Virus record (IMG/VR): IMGVR_UViG_3300020048_000037
From: an uncultured virus (IMG/VR IMGVR_UViG_3300020048_000037)
Taxonomy: Duplodnaviria; Heunggongvirae; Uroviricota; Caudoviricetes
Length of the DNA: 64,000 nucleotides
Strand: one strand, 5' to 3'
A program made the position numbers and the translations under genes. The notes under the pieces are model-generated. The model was not told where the DNA came from and searched no databases. It was given only the letters and a program-made list of their open reading frames with translations. This document shows positions 35,678-47,846 of the stretch, in pieces (the stretch's first letter is position 1; every line of letters starts with the position of its first letter).

Positions 35678-36577
35678 TAGTCTAAATAAAATTAATATCA
35701 ATTAAAATAATAATTATTATGGAAGATTCATATGGTAGTACATATCTTAGTGTAGAAAAACCTTTTATTGATTATTTCAATAGATGTAAAGAAATCGGAA
35801 TGTGTAAGTTAGATATTCAAAAAAATTTTAGATATCTTGATAAGTATTATCATGAATCTGTATTTGAAAAACTTTCATTACAAACAATTTATAAAAATGA
35901 TCCAACATTAGATAAATTGTTCAACAATTGGTGTAAAGATAATAATATTGAATAATTATGTTAAATATATTCACAAAAGAATTTATTGAAGAAATTGGTT
36001 TTAAATTCACTGTTGGTGATGAAAATAGTCAATATGGTGAAGCAGTTAGTAAAAAACCAAATGGTATGACTGTTATTAATTGGAATAACGGTGGTCATTT
36101 TTGTACATATTTTGGTGAAAAATTAGAACCAAATGTATCAATGTCAATTAAAAAAGATGGTGGCACAAGAACAGCTTTTAATGGTTATGTTTTTTCACAA
36201 GATGATGTTAGATTTTTATTAAAAAGAACAAATTAAAAATATAAATTATGTCTATATTAGTTGGAGTTATTGATGTTCATGTGAGTTATAATAATAATTA
36301 TGGAGCTGAAGTTCATGATGTTAGTAAATTAGTTCTCATTAAAGAAGGTGAAGAAAAAGATTTGTTAGAGTATGTTAGAACTTCACGTGAAGAATGTGAG
36401 ATTGGTAACGCTGAACGCAAAGAATTATATATGAATAAGAGTGAAAAATATAAACTTGACATGGATATGCCTGATCATGAAAGAAAAATATTTAATGATG
36501 AGTTGAAAAAAAATAGAGAAAAATGCCATATAGGTAAATATAAAACATTAATGATTTTAGAAGGTAAACAAATTTAA

Positions 36578-36883
36578 ATGAAAGAAAAAGAATATATATT
36601 ATGCTCCGCTATAAAAATTGATAATATTATTGTTTGTGGACGTAGACATAAGGATTGTTATAAAATATATAGTGAAATAAGAAAATCTTGTGGAGACTAT
36701 AGTATATGTGATCAAAATAGAAATGAGCAAGGATTCTTAACTTCTGAAAATCGTTATGTTGATAGAAAAGAAGCATGGAATATAGCTAAAGATAATAATC
36801 AGATTAAATATGGACTTAAAGCATCTGAAGATGGTATTAATTCTGAATTAATTTCTGAAAATTTATATTTTGATGATATTTAA
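36578..36883 (+). CDS. Conserved hypothetical phage protein (paralogue of 22579-22956)
   Basis: CSA..GRRH..QGFLTS.NRYVDRKEA..SENLY. Confidence 0.6.
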   Translation: MKEKEYILCSAIKIDNIIVCGRRHKDCYKIYSEIRKSCGDYSICDQNRNEQGFLTSENRYVDRKEAWNIAKDNNQIKYGLKASEDGINSELISENLYFDDI

Positions 36884-37567
36884 ATAATAAAAACAATAAA
36901 ATGAAAACTAAATTTGATTTTTTTCTATTGTTTATAGGCTGTATATTACTAATTAGTGGTATATTTAGTTTATTGTTTTTTGGTGTGTTTAGTTTTTATC
37001 CAGTATATTTATTAATTATATCAACAATTATATTTATTTATTTGGGTATAAAAACTATTAAAAACTTAAATTAGAAAATATAACATAATAAAGTATAATT
37101 ATTTATTTTATTATATTTGTAATCTAATTAAACAAATATGACTATATTATAATATGAAAAGAAAACTAAATACTTTTATAAATAATTTTGACAAATTAAA
37201 GTTTGGAGATTTTATATTATTTCAAGAATATGTATATAACCATAAAGATAAACAAGTTGAAATTACAAAGCCTATACTTGCAATATATCTTGGTTCATTT
37301 GCTGCTGATCAAACAATGGGATTTAATTATGTAATATATATTAATGATAATCATATAGTTAGAATTACAAATGAACATGTTAAACAATATCCTGTTAGTA
37401 AAGAAGTAGATGGTATTAAAAATCATATTGAGTGGTATGATTATATTGATATACTTGGTTCTTGGAAATATAGTCCAAATTGGAAAGAAATTATGGTAGC
37501 ATACAGAAATCAAAACTTAAATGCTCTTATATCAGAAAAAGAATTAGATATTTAATATTTATATTGT

Positions 37568-37870
37568 ATGAATAATGATTTTAAATTTGGTGACAATGTT
37601 TGGGTTCATTATCCAAAATCAAATGGTTTCAAAAAACCAGGTGTGGTAGTTAGTATAGTGGATAATAATGATGACATTGAAGTAGAATTTACACATTGGG
37701 GAGAAACCATATGTTATTTTTTTAAATATTTTGAAATATCACACTTCACAACTAATGAAGAGATAAATAATATTGAGAATATATTAGAAGGTGTGAATTT
37801 AAAATATGTTGAATTATATATTAGAAAAGTTAAATTAAGAAAATTTATAGATGAAAAAAAAAGAACTTAA
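37568..37870 (+). CDS. RKxKL-tail family protein (IExYIR subtype)
   Basis: FKFGDNVWV...VELYIRKVKLRKF. Confidence 0.65.
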   Translation: MNNDFKFGDNVWVHYPKSNGFKKPGVVVSIVDNNDDIEVEFTHWGETICYFFKYFEISHFTTNEEINNIENILEGVNLKYVELYIRKVKLRKFIDEKKRT

Positions 37871-37999
37871 TATAAGTGATGATTTGAAAAGTAAATTACC
37901 AGATGATGCAAAAGATATTAGATTAATTGAAACAAAATTATATTTTAAAACAAAATTTAGAGGTAAAAAATATTTAATAACATACATAGAAATATAAAA

Positions 38000-38197
38000 A
38001 TGAATGAAGAAATATATTTAGATTCTATTCTTGGTAAAACAGAAGAAGAAGGAACAAAATATTTAAAAGAAAATAATGTTGAATTTAGAGTTGTTAGAAA
38101 AGATGACACTAATTTCATTTGTACTTGTGATTTTAATCCAAATAGAGTAAATATAGAATTAGATAATGATATTATAACATATTGTTATAATGCATAA
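38000..38197 (+). CDS. Peptidase inhibitor I78 / potato-I-like small protein
   Basis: LGKT.EE..RVV...TCDFNPNRVNI pattern. Confidence 0.55.
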   Translation: MNEEIYLDSILGKTEEEGTKYLKENNVEFRVVRKDDTNFICTCDFNPNRVNIELDNDIITYCYNA

Positions 38198-38883
38198 TTT
38201 ATATATTTATAATAAAAAAATTCTAATAATATGCTTATAACTTCTAAATTTAAAGATTATTATGATTTTCTATCAGGAATATATGGTGTTGATCCATTAA
38301 TTGTATTAGATAGACGTGATTTTACTATGCCTGATTGTATAAATATAAATTCTATTGAAGTTTTTTCTAATGAACGTATAGAACAACATAAGTTGACTAT
38401 ATATATTGGTGGTTATCAAATAGATGCATATTGTAGAAATGGTATATGCTACTATGGTGATGAATTAAAACAGTTTGTAAGCCAAGCTAAACATTCAAAT
38501 TGGTATAATAGATTTATAGGAAATGATGAAAAATTAGAAGATTTTGTTTCTATTGAATTTAAGGGACATAGAAATAGTTATAAACATTTTAATTTAGTGA
38601 TTAAAAAAGACAAATTAAAATTAAATGATAAATATAATTGTTCTATTCTAGTAAGGGTTGATGAAGAAAAAGATGATAAATTACACAAGAATTGTATATT
38701 AAAAAATTTAAGCCTCAATAAATTTATTTCACCTGNNNNNNNNNNATAAACTAATTTCTGATTGGATTTCTTTACAAAGAACAAAAGCAGAAAACCGTGT
38801 TGATAATATGACAAATATTGAAAAAATTGAATCAAAAGGATTTGATAAGATAACATCATTTAGACCTAACATTAAAGATTAAT

Positions 38884-39066
38884 ATGAAAGAAACTGACTA
38901 TTTATATAAAAATTATAAAAAAACTATTTATGATATTGACTGTTTTAAAAAAGAAAAACGTTATATACGTATAGAAACTGACGAAGAAAAACTTGATAAA
39001 ATTGATATTAAGGTTATTGAATCATATATTAGAAAAAAGAAAATTGAACGCATAAATAAGAAATAA
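38884..39066 (+). CDS. RKxKL-tail family protein (IExYIR subtype)
   Basis: IDIKVIESYIRKKKIERI. Confidence 0.7.
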   Translation: MKETDYLYKNYKKTIYDIDCFKKEKRYIRIETDEEKLDKIDIKVIESYIRKKKIERINKK

Positions 39067-39699
39067 ATATGAATACAGATGAATTATTAGTGATGTTAAG
39101 TTACACTAGCAATAGAAGTTTAAATCAAACTAAATTTTTATTTGAATTGTGTGATAATGACTTTGAAAAACTTATGAAGTTAGAAGCTTGTGTAAAAAGA
39201 GATTTTACTCATTTTTGTCCAGGTGATAAAGAGTCTGTTAATGAGTTAGTAGATGCGTGGGATAAAGCCAGAGAAAAAGATAATAGCAATAAAAAATGAA
39301 AAATATAATAATTATAATAGTAAATATTTCATTCTTTATTGTTGCTTTAGTAGTACCAATAATTTTTCTCATATTAAATCTTGTGTTTAATATGAACATT
39401 TATGTTTATTTTAATTATTGGTTTATTAGTATGCTTATTTTCTTTTTTATTGATACTTTTTTTCCACATAATTTATTATCAAAAATTTTAAGAATGAAAC
39501 CAACAAATTAAATAATATTATGAACACAATTTTAATTATTTTTTTAGTAGTTTTTGGTATTTTAGTACTTAGTAGTTTTATTTTTTTGGTATTAACAATT
39601 ATATTTAGAAAAAATAAAACAAGTGTTGCTAATTGGTGGAATAATTTTTTTTTTAAACGTTTAGACGACGATGATGATAATTTTTAATAATTTATTTTA

Positions 39700-39921
39700 A
39701 TGTTCAAAGTAGGAGAAAAAATATATTGTATAGATGATAGATTTAAACAAGAATTAGGAGATTTTGTTATTGTAGATAGAACTGATTATAGAGCAGAATA
39801 TCCAAACAATCAAATGATAAGTTTAATTGGCCATCATTCTATGTATAATACATTAATTTTTATTTCACTTAAAGAATATCGTAAACTTAAACTTAAGAAA
39901 ATAATAGAATGTTCAAAATAG
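39700..39921 (+). CDS. RKxKL-tail family small protein
   Basis: MFKVGEKIYC...FISLKEYRKLKLKKI. Confidence 0.8.
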   Translation: MFKVGEKIYCIDDRFKQELGDFVIVDRTDYRAEYPNNQMISLIGHHSMYNTLIFISLKEYRKLKLKKIIECSK

Positions 39922-40127
39922 GAGATAAAGTTGTTTGTGTTTCAGGAATTAAAACAAATAAAGGAAATTTAGAAAATTATAAAGAATATATAATCTCTTA
40001 TATTTCTGATGATTCTTTTCAGAGTTGTTTAAAAGTAGAAGGAATAGAATTTGGATTTTTAAACTCAAGATTTATCACACTTAAAGAATATCGTAAAAAT
40101 AAGCTTAATAATCTACTTAAAAAATAG
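39909..40127 (+). CDS. RKxKL-tail family small protein
   Basis: MFKIGDKVVC...FITLKEYRKNKLNNL. Confidence 0.8.
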   Translation: MFKIGDKVVCVSGIKTNKGNLENYKEYIISYISDDSFQSCLKVEGIEFGFLNSRFITLKEYRKNKLNNLLKK

Positions 40128-40131
40128 AAGA

Positions 40132-40365
40132 ATGTTCAAAGTAGGAGATAGAGTTGTTTGTGTAGATACTGGTAATATAACAGCAAATATATTATATGTT
40201 GATAGAGTGTATATTGTGTTAGGAGTTGCAAAATTTGGAAATATACAAAAATTACATATAAATAATAATAGTAAGGTATTCTAGAAAGGTAGTAGATTTG
40301 TTTCATTGTCTAAATCAAGATTAGAAAAACTTAAAAATATCAATAAAAATGAATATAATTTGTAA
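40132..40365 (+). pseudogene. RKxKL-tail family member with in-frame TAG (40282-40284)
   Basis: MFKVGDRVVC...KVF*KGSRFVSLSKSRLEKLKNI in one frame. Confidence 0.7.
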
Positions 40366-40579
40366 AATATTTTGTCATAAACCGGATTTAGTTAAACTAG
40401 TTGATAATAAAATTAATAATAATAATTCAACTAATATTTCACATTGCAATTGTAAAAGGTGTGGTGATATTATTACTTATGATGAGTGTTTTAAAAAACA
40501 CTCATATGAAATTATAACTATTATACAACAAAAATTAATAAAAAACTTAAAAAATCCACAATAAAATACTATATTGTAT

Positions 40580-40658
40580 AAAAAAGAGAATCTTTAGATT
40601 CTCTTTTTTTTTGTGTAAAAAAAACTCTATTCCAATTAATTGGAATAGAGTTTTTTTT
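40580..40658. terminator. Two tandem terminator hairpins between convergent operons
   Basis: AAGAGAATCT/AGATTCTCTT and AAACTCTATTCCAA/TTGGAATAGAGTTT with A/T tracts. Confidence 0.75.
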
Positions 40659-40680
40659 GAATATAATATATTTTAATATA

Positions 40681-43140
40681 TTATTCTTCTTCTGGTTTTT
40701 CAGGAGTAATATTAGCCATCAACCCTCTGATAGTTGTTTCTAAATTTGTACCTTTAACTGAATCTAATAAACCTTCAATACCGCCCTTCTTAAAGATGTC
40801 AGTCCAGTTACCACCTTGTTCTTTAATATTTTTAGCAAGAATTTCAGTAGTTCTAACTCCACCAAGAGTTATCATCGCTTCAATTAACTTAGGTTGAATA
40901 GCATTCATTTGAGATTTATATTCTTCTATACGAATATCAGATTTTTCTTTTGATACAAAGATTTCTTGCTTATCATTAAGTTTCTGGATTTCAAGTAACA
41001 TTTTATTTATATCATCTAAAACTATTTGTCTTTTTTTCTTAGCTTCAACTGTTGCTAATTCAATAATATTTGTATCATCAAGTTTTTTCTTATTGATATC
41101 ATAACGAGTTTTATCAGTTTTATAATTTTCTTCAAGAATTTGACGTTTTATAGTTTCTTCCTCTTTAGTGAGTTCTAAATCTTTCTTTATTTTATTAATA
41201 TTCATATTTTGTTTTACAACATCTTTCTGAAAATCTTTTAAATAATATGAAATTTCACTATCACCAATAGTAATATTCAAAACTTCAATATCATATACCT
41301 GCATACCATTTTCTTCAAATGTTTTTCCTGGTCTTTTCTTACCTTCATCAGCAACACCTAAAACTGTATCACGAAGAATATCTGCAGCGTCATTATTAAA
41401 TTCTTCAATGTTAACTTTTTTAACCTTATTACGAATAATTGAACGAAGATGTTGAGTTAATAATTTAACGTAATTACTTACATTAAACCATTTTTTATCA
41501 TCACCAGTAAAATTAACTCTATAAGATAATCTAATTGAAACATTAACTAAATCTTTTGTTTCAGCTTCAATTATATCTGATACAATATTATTTTTAGTCT
41601 GTAAATACGCAGTTTTAAATAATGTGTGGTCTGTTTTAGGTTTACCTGTTGATAATTCTAATACTTCAAGAGTTTCATCAAACTCAAGTAGTTTTACTTT
41701 TGGTCCAATAACTACTTCACGATCACCAGTTTTCTTAACTACTTGAATTGCATATCCTGGCCAAACATTAATTGTAACAGCACCATCATATTTATTGTCC
41801 ATTGTTAATGTTCTTGGTTTTGTGAAAGTACTTTTTCTACTCATCTCATCAGCCATGTTCATAGACGATGCATAAGCTTTAGAACCTTTAGATAAACTCC
41901 GATCAGAAACATATGCATTAGTTCTACCTCCAAATTCATTCATATCACTATTACTGATTTCTGATTCCATTGATCTATTGTAAGCCAATGCATCAACACT
42001 AGAAGGGAACCACAATTTTACTGATGCTTCATCTAATACCCGTTTAACAATAACTTCTTTTCTTGGATCTGGGTTAAACATCTTTGGTCCTTTATATAAA
42101 GTAATTTCACCAGTATTTTTATTAAGTACATAACGAGCCTCACCGCCAGTTATTGCTACTGCATAATGCATAACTCTATCATCATATTTAATGATAGCGT
42201 GTTCTTCTCTAGGAAAATAAATTTTTTGTTCTTTTCCTGTGATAAACAATTCTTCTCCTGTTAAGTATTTTTTGTTGTTTTCTTCATAGTCAGCAATAAC
42301 TTTAATATAGATACCCATATTATCATTTAATTCAACTGCTTTAAATTTCTTTTTACCTTCTTGTTCAAGAAATTCTTCTGTTGGTTTTGGAAATACTACA
42401 TCTGGTCCTTTCACGTAACGCTTTGCACCATTTTGATCTAAAAGAATACAATATTCTAATCTTTCTAATGTCACTGCTTTACGAACAAAGTTGTTTTGTT
42501 CATCTGATACAACTTCAATACCAGTAGGAGGAATATAAAAAGACACATCAGTTCCTTTAATTACAAATAATTTACCTGTTACTAAATCTTCAGGTGAAAT
42601 TAATGTTAATTTTTTAATTTTCTTTTCTTTTTCCTTATCTTCTGTTGCACCTGCAGCACTCTTAACAATAGAATTACTAATATTCTTTTTAGCTTCATCT
42701 TCATTATAAACTCTTACAATAAGATATTCATTATACTTTAAATTATGTCCATGTAACACTTTGCCAATTTGTTGAGGCCAAAGAGGAAATGTTATAGGAC
42801 CAGGTATATTAACTTTACTACCAAAACTCAATGGTGTCATATTTGAATTTTTACCTTTAGTTGGATGTAAAGGTTCATTATCTTTAGGAGATGCTGGATT
42901 GTTTAATACAATATATTCACCTTCATCTGCTGATAGTAAGTTTTGAATGGCTAAATTTGAATCTTCTACAGACATAAACTTCTTTGTCTTTTCATCAAAT
43001 ATAACCACTCTATCAATCTCACCAATACTCTCTTTGTATGGACCAACTGCTACAGCAACTGTTCCAGATGCACCATCTTGTATATATACAAATGTGCCTT
43101 GGGGTAACACTAAGTCACTCCTTTTGTTTTCATAACCCAT
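40681..43140 (-). CDS. Major vault protein (MVP) homologue
   Basis: Repeated G-P beta modules (VAVGP, IPGP, VKGP, YKGP, VIGP), GEELFITG, LELSTGKPK, shoulder/SPFH-like segment DII.AETKD..LSY..F..LRS.IR..EEF..FEENGM.V..IEV, C-terminal coiled coil. Confidence 0.85.
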   Translation of the reverse strand: MGYENKRSDLVLPQGTFVYIQDGASGTVAVAVGPYKESIGEIDRVVIFDEKTKKFMSVEDSNLAIQNLLSADEGEYIVLNNPASPKDNEPLHPTKGKNSNMTPLSFGSKVNIPGPITFPLWPQQIGKVLHGHNLKYNEYLIVRVYNEDEAKKNISNSIVKSAAGATEDKEKEKKIKKLTLISPEDLVTGKLFVIKGTDVSFYIPPTGIEVVSDEQNNFVRKAVTLERLEYCILLDQNGAKRYVKGPDVVFPKPTEEFLEQEGKKKFKAVELNDNMGIYIKVIADYEENNKKYLTGEELFITGKEQKIYFPREEHAIIKYDDRVMHYAVAITGGEARYVLNKNTGEITLYKGPKMFNPDPRKEVIVKRVLDEASVKLWFPSSVDALAYNRSMESEISNSDMNEFGGRTNAYVSDRSLSKGSKAYASSMNMADEMSRKSTFTKPRTLTMDNKYDGAVTINVWPGYAIQVVKKTGDREVVIGPKVKLLEFDETLEVLELSTGKPKTDHTLFKTAYLQTKNNIVSDIIEAETKDLVNVSIRLSYRVNFTGDDKKWFNVSNYVKLLTQHLRSIIRNKVKKVNIEEFNNDAADILRDTVLGVADEGKKRPGKTFEENGMQVYDIEVLNITIGDSEISYYLKDFQKDVVKQNMNINKIKKDLELTKEEETIKRQILEENYKTDKTRYDINKKKLDDTNIIELATVEAKKKRQIVLDDINKMLLEIQKLNDKQEIFVSKEKSDIRIEEYKSQMNAIQPKLIEAMITLGGVRTTEILAKNIKEQGGNWTDIFKKGGIEGLLDSVKGTNLETTIRGLMANITPEKPEEE

Positions 43141-43850
43141 AAATCACTTTTTTTAATTATTTAATTATTAATACTTGAAAATTATATAAAAACTATTATT
43201 ATAAATAGTTTCTGTTTTGTTTTTGTTTTATTTTCTTATTATTTGATTTTCATCAATTTCTTCTATAAATCTATCTGGTAGTGTAGTTTCACAACTAGTT
43301 ATAAATAATTTGTTTTCAGAAAATTCTCCTACTATCCAACCTGAACCAGGTACATTTATCCAATAATATCCATCATTTCTCATCCGACACACTTCTCATA
43401 ATTGATATTGTTTTGTGTTGTTTCAATGTAAAATCTAAACTATTTGTTCTATACCAGTTTAAATTAGTTTCTACAATAGGAATATGTTTACATTTTTGTA
43501 ATATTTTATATGGATTTACTAAATTATTTTTCATCCATTCAATTACTTCTGATAACTCTTTTGGAATATAATAATAATACCAACCTTCTGCACATATTTG
43601 AGATATTATACCATATTTCTCATAAATTTCTTCAAAAGCACACATATCTGTTTCCCACATATAATCATTAAACCAATAACTTTGTGATTTATTTGTCAAA
43701 TGTTCAATAAATTCCCATTTGAATTTATTATATTGTTTAGCTCTTTCCCAATGCTGTTTTTTTACAACTGGATCATCTTTATATTTATAATTACGATTCA
43801 GATTCTTATCTGCATAATAACATATCTTTATTATATAATAATCTTTACAT

Positions 43851-44147
43851 TTAAATTCTTTCATTACTTAATATTTGCATTGTATAATCATTTATAATTG
43901 TATTTAATGGACAATCTAGAATATCTTTAGTTGTTAATTTATGTCCTAATCTATCTTCCATACAATCCATACATAACATACCATCACCTACTCCATATTT
44001 TTTCCATAATTCATGAGTCACCATATAATAATCTTTTGAATTACTCAAGAATGTATCTTTTCCACAATCAACACAAGTCCAATGTTTCTTATCTGTTACA
44101 TTTCGGCTATCTTTAATTTTTTCTATTTTTATATTTTTTATCATCAA
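43851..44147 (-). CDS. Zinc-binding hypothetical protein
   Basis: CVDCG..YMV..LW..LCMDCME.RLG. Confidence 0.55.
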   Translation of the reverse strand: MMIKNIKIEKIKDSRNVTDKKHWTCVDCGKDTFLSNSKDYYMVTHELWKKYGVGDGMLCMDCMEDRLGHKLTTKDILDCPLNTIINDYTMQILSNERI

Positions 44148-44204
44148 TTTTTTANNNNNNNNNNGTTCTTTTTTTTATATTTACCAAATAATTTAATAGT
44201 TATT

Positions 44205-46389
44205 TTATAATTTTCTTAATTGTTTTAACTTTTGCTTTCTATAATTTTTTAATGATATAAAATGTTTTTCATAATAACTATTATTATCATAACCATGAAT
44301 TTTAATCATAAATTCACCATTATATTTGTAATTTAGATATCCATTGAATATACAAATTTGTTGATAATTTATGGTATAATAATCATATGGTGAATCTGAT
44401 TCAAATATACAAATTATTTGTTCTCCTGGTTTAAACATAAATTATTTATAATGTTCTTTAAATCTCTCTCTATCTTCTTTCGATAATCCTGTACCAACCC
44501 AATCCAATATTCCTAATTCTTTATCTATTTCCCATTGTCTTTCACCTGATAATTTAAAATAATTACCTGGTCTTTCAAAAGATTTTTCAAACATATCTCT
44601 TTCTGTCATATTGATTTTTTTATTTTTATTAATTTATTTTTTCTCTCTTCAGATAAAGATATAAAATCCTCAGCGGGGTGAAATCCAGTATGATATAATA
44701 ATTCAACATAATAATTTTCAAATATATGTCCTCTATAATTTCTATTAGATATATTTTCAATAATATATATTTCACCACGTTTAAATCGAATATCATCACC
44801 TCCGTATCTAACTTTTGAACCGATTCTATACATTTATTGTTAGTTTTTTAAGTTTTTCTTTTCTTGCTTCTTTTATGTTTAAATTTCTAAGATTGTGTGA
44901 TTCATATGTATTTGTACGTCCTACTATAGTATTTAATATACATCTAGTTCTAATATATGAATAATATCTCTCTTCAAAAATACATATAATAGTGTATGTG
45001 TCTGTTGTGTAGTACCATTCATCAGATAATTTGTCTGAGAATTTAACTTTATCTCCTATATTAAACATTTGATATTTTTTCTAATTTCTTTTTTCTTATT
45101 ATTATTTTTGCTTCTTTATAATAGTTATCGGTTAGTTCATAAAGCAGAAACCCAATTTGTGTATAATATCCATTATTTTTTAATTTATTGTGTGTTACAT
45201 AAATCTCATATGCAATATCATCTAATAGACTTGATTTAATGTCATTTTTGTGTATCATTGTTTATTCTTTTCAATTTCTTTTTTCTTAAATAAGATTCAA
45301 TTATTTTCAAATCATTATTATCAAAGAATAAATCAGGATTATCAAATATTTGTTTATAACCTTTAATTTCATTATCTAATAATAATATTGTTAGTGCATT
45401 ATTTTTATTTTCATCTTCTACAGAGCTACAATAATGTAAAAATTCAATATGTTTTTTCATTAATATATCATATTGTTCTTTCAATATTTCATATTTATCT
45501 AATTCAACACCAGCAATAATTTCAATGTGTTTACATCTATTTTTCATTGATTTTAGTTAATTTTTTTGATCTTATGTATTGTTCAATGTCTTTCATATTC
45601 AATTTATCAAGCATATCAATAGACGGATTTGATACTTTTTTTTGTAATTTCTTAATTAGACATCTTAGTGAGTTATTAGTAGTCTGTGTTGATTTTAATT
45701 CTGCTGATATTTGATTATATCTATTACTTAAAATAGTACATGACTTGACTAAATTATCATAATCTATCATAGATACACGAAGAGTTGAAGATTTTTTCAT
45801 TTATTTAACACATTTAATTTCTCTTTACGAATAAATTTATTATATTCATTGTGAAATTCATTTTTTAATACTTTAGTTGAATTAGATAATATATCATTAA
45901 TTTTTTTATTTTTTTTATTTTCATCTAATTTTTTAAAATGATTTCTTAAAATAGAAACATATTTAGATATTTTTTTATCTTTAATAAAAATAATATTACA
46001 ATATTTTGAAATTAATATACTTTCATATGATGAATGCAATACTAATTCATTTTTTTTAGTATCAATAATAAATTGTGCATTATCACCATAATCCTTGCTT
46101 TTATATATTTCATGTCCTAAACATGTGTCTATTTTCCAATTGTATATGTCGTTATCAACAGAAATAAAAAACAGCGCAATTAGTTCTAAAATTTTTGGAT
46201 TTGCGTTTTTCATTTTGTATTTAATTTTATTAATTTACGCTTACGTAGATAATTCTCTATGAATTTAATATCAATTCCATCTAAAATTATAGTGTTCAAT
46301 CTATCAACATTTGATTGATTGTTATTTTTTAATATTTCTAACCTTTTATCGTAAGTCATATCAATAGTATTTTTTGTTGAGTATTTCAT
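44205..46389 (-). other. Array of eight RKxKL-tail ORFs (44205, 44606, 44826, 45061, 45242, 45537, 45797, plus an untracked 59-aa ORF 46210-46389)
   Basis: Tails YRKQKLKQL, ERKNKLIKI, ARKEKLKKL, IRKKKLEKI, LRKKKLKRI, IRSKKLTKI, IRKEKLNVL, LRKRKLIKL. Confidence 0.75.
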
Positions 46390-46391
46390 AA

Positions 46392-46871
46392 TTATTTTAT
46401 GTTTTTGCTTTTCTTAATCAAATCGTACGCGGAATTCAATTTTATGAAATTTCTATTTGCAATTGCTTGATTTTCTTTAGTATCAGTTGCAAATTTATCT
46501 GGATGCCATTTCATAGACAATTCTCTATATTTCTTTTTTATAGTAGATTCATCATCTTTTTTATCAAGCTTCATTAATGTATATGCGTTATCAAGAGCTG
46601 TGCTTTTACTTGGTTGATTAAAGTTGTGGTTGTTGAATTTTTGACGTTCACTTCTACTATAAGAACTATATGCACTATACTGATCGCCATTAGATGACTT
46701 CATATTTTTAAGAAGTTCATCAATATAATCATACATTATATCTTCATATATGTAATCAAACTCAAATTGTGAATACTTACGACCATTAAAGTGTTTATTT
46801 GCACTTTCTTGTCGTTTTTTTTCTTCTTCCATACGTTCCTGTTCTTTACGTTTATTATTAAAAAATCCCAT
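46392..46871 (-). CDS. J-domain (DnaJ-like) co-chaperone
   Basis: AY.LM..IKKKYRELSMKWHPDK..F.KLN.AY. Confidence 0.85.
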   Translation of the reverse strand: MGFFNNKRKEQERMEEEKKRQESANKHFNGRKYSQFEFDYIYEDIMYDYIDELLKNMKSSNGDQYSAYSSYSRSERQKFNNHNFNQPSKSTALDNAYTLMKLDKKDDESTIKKKYRELSMKWHPDKFATDTKENQAIANRNFIKLNSAYDLIKKSKNIK

Positions 46872-47409
46872 ATTTTTATTTTATTTATAATATTCTAATA
46901 AGCAAGCTTCATTATCTCTAATTATGATTTTTAATCTCAAAGGAATATAAAATGCATCTGAATTTATTATGATTTCCCTGTGATCATTATATATAACAAT
47001 AATAGTATAATCAACACATAAATCATTTAATGTTACCATTTTTTTAAATGGTTCATCAAAAAAAGTTAACAATTGACTATTTAAAAAATTGACAATAGCA
47101 ACTTGTAAATTATTCTCTGCATATTCATATGAATAATGAAATAGATAATTGGGATATCTAAACTCAAACTCATCTTCTGATAATTCAGATAAACTTTTAT
47201 TTTCAGATAATGAATCATAATTGAACTTTTTCAAATTATAACACTCCTTCGAATTTTTGATCATGTTTGTCTTATCAATATCAAAATCATTTTTCATTTC
47301 TTCTGACATACAATCAGTTAATTTTATATCAGGATTTATTGCTTTTAATTTTATATAATTTTCGAAAAAATTATTTCGTTCTTCTATTTCACTCATAATT
47401 TATTGCGTA

Positions 47410-47646
47410 TTAAAATTTATATTTTGTTCTTTTATTAATATTTATCATTTTTCTACGTCTTACAAATTTTTCAACTATTTTAAAATCCATATTTTGTAGT
47501 ATTTCTTCTACAGGTTTATTGAGTTCTAAATATGCATCTTGTAACTTATTGTTATAATATCTATGAATATCTTCTTCACGTTCACGAAAGTATCGTTCCA
47601 TTTCATTCATATATCTGTTATTATCTTCAGTGTCCCTAATGTTCAT
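47410..47646 (-). CDS. RKxKL-tail family protein (IExYIR subtype)
   Basis: MDFKIVEKFVRRRKMINI; TATCTTTG upstream (47696-47703). Confidence 0.6.
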   Translation of the reverse strand: MNIRDTEDNNRYMNEMERYFREREEDIHRYYNNKLQDAYLELNKPVEEILQNMDFKIVEKFVRRRKMININKRTKYKF

Positions 47647-47846
47647 AAATTTAAATAATATAAAATATTTTTAATATAACCTAATATATAACTCACAAAG
47701 ATAATAAAATTATTTTAATAATCAATAATAAATAATTGAATATTTATTGTTTTTATAATTTTTTTAACATATTGTATATCATATATAAATTATTATGATA
47801 TGATTTTTTTATATATACATATCAATAAAAATAATTAAATTTATTT

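Noticed and set aside
40282..40284. TAG recoding (genetic code 15, as in Lak-type phages)
   Set aside because: Only one in-frame TAG was found. Long genes are open in code 11, TAG ends several genes (e.g. 40127, 16996, 17801), and the other interrupted family member has TAA.
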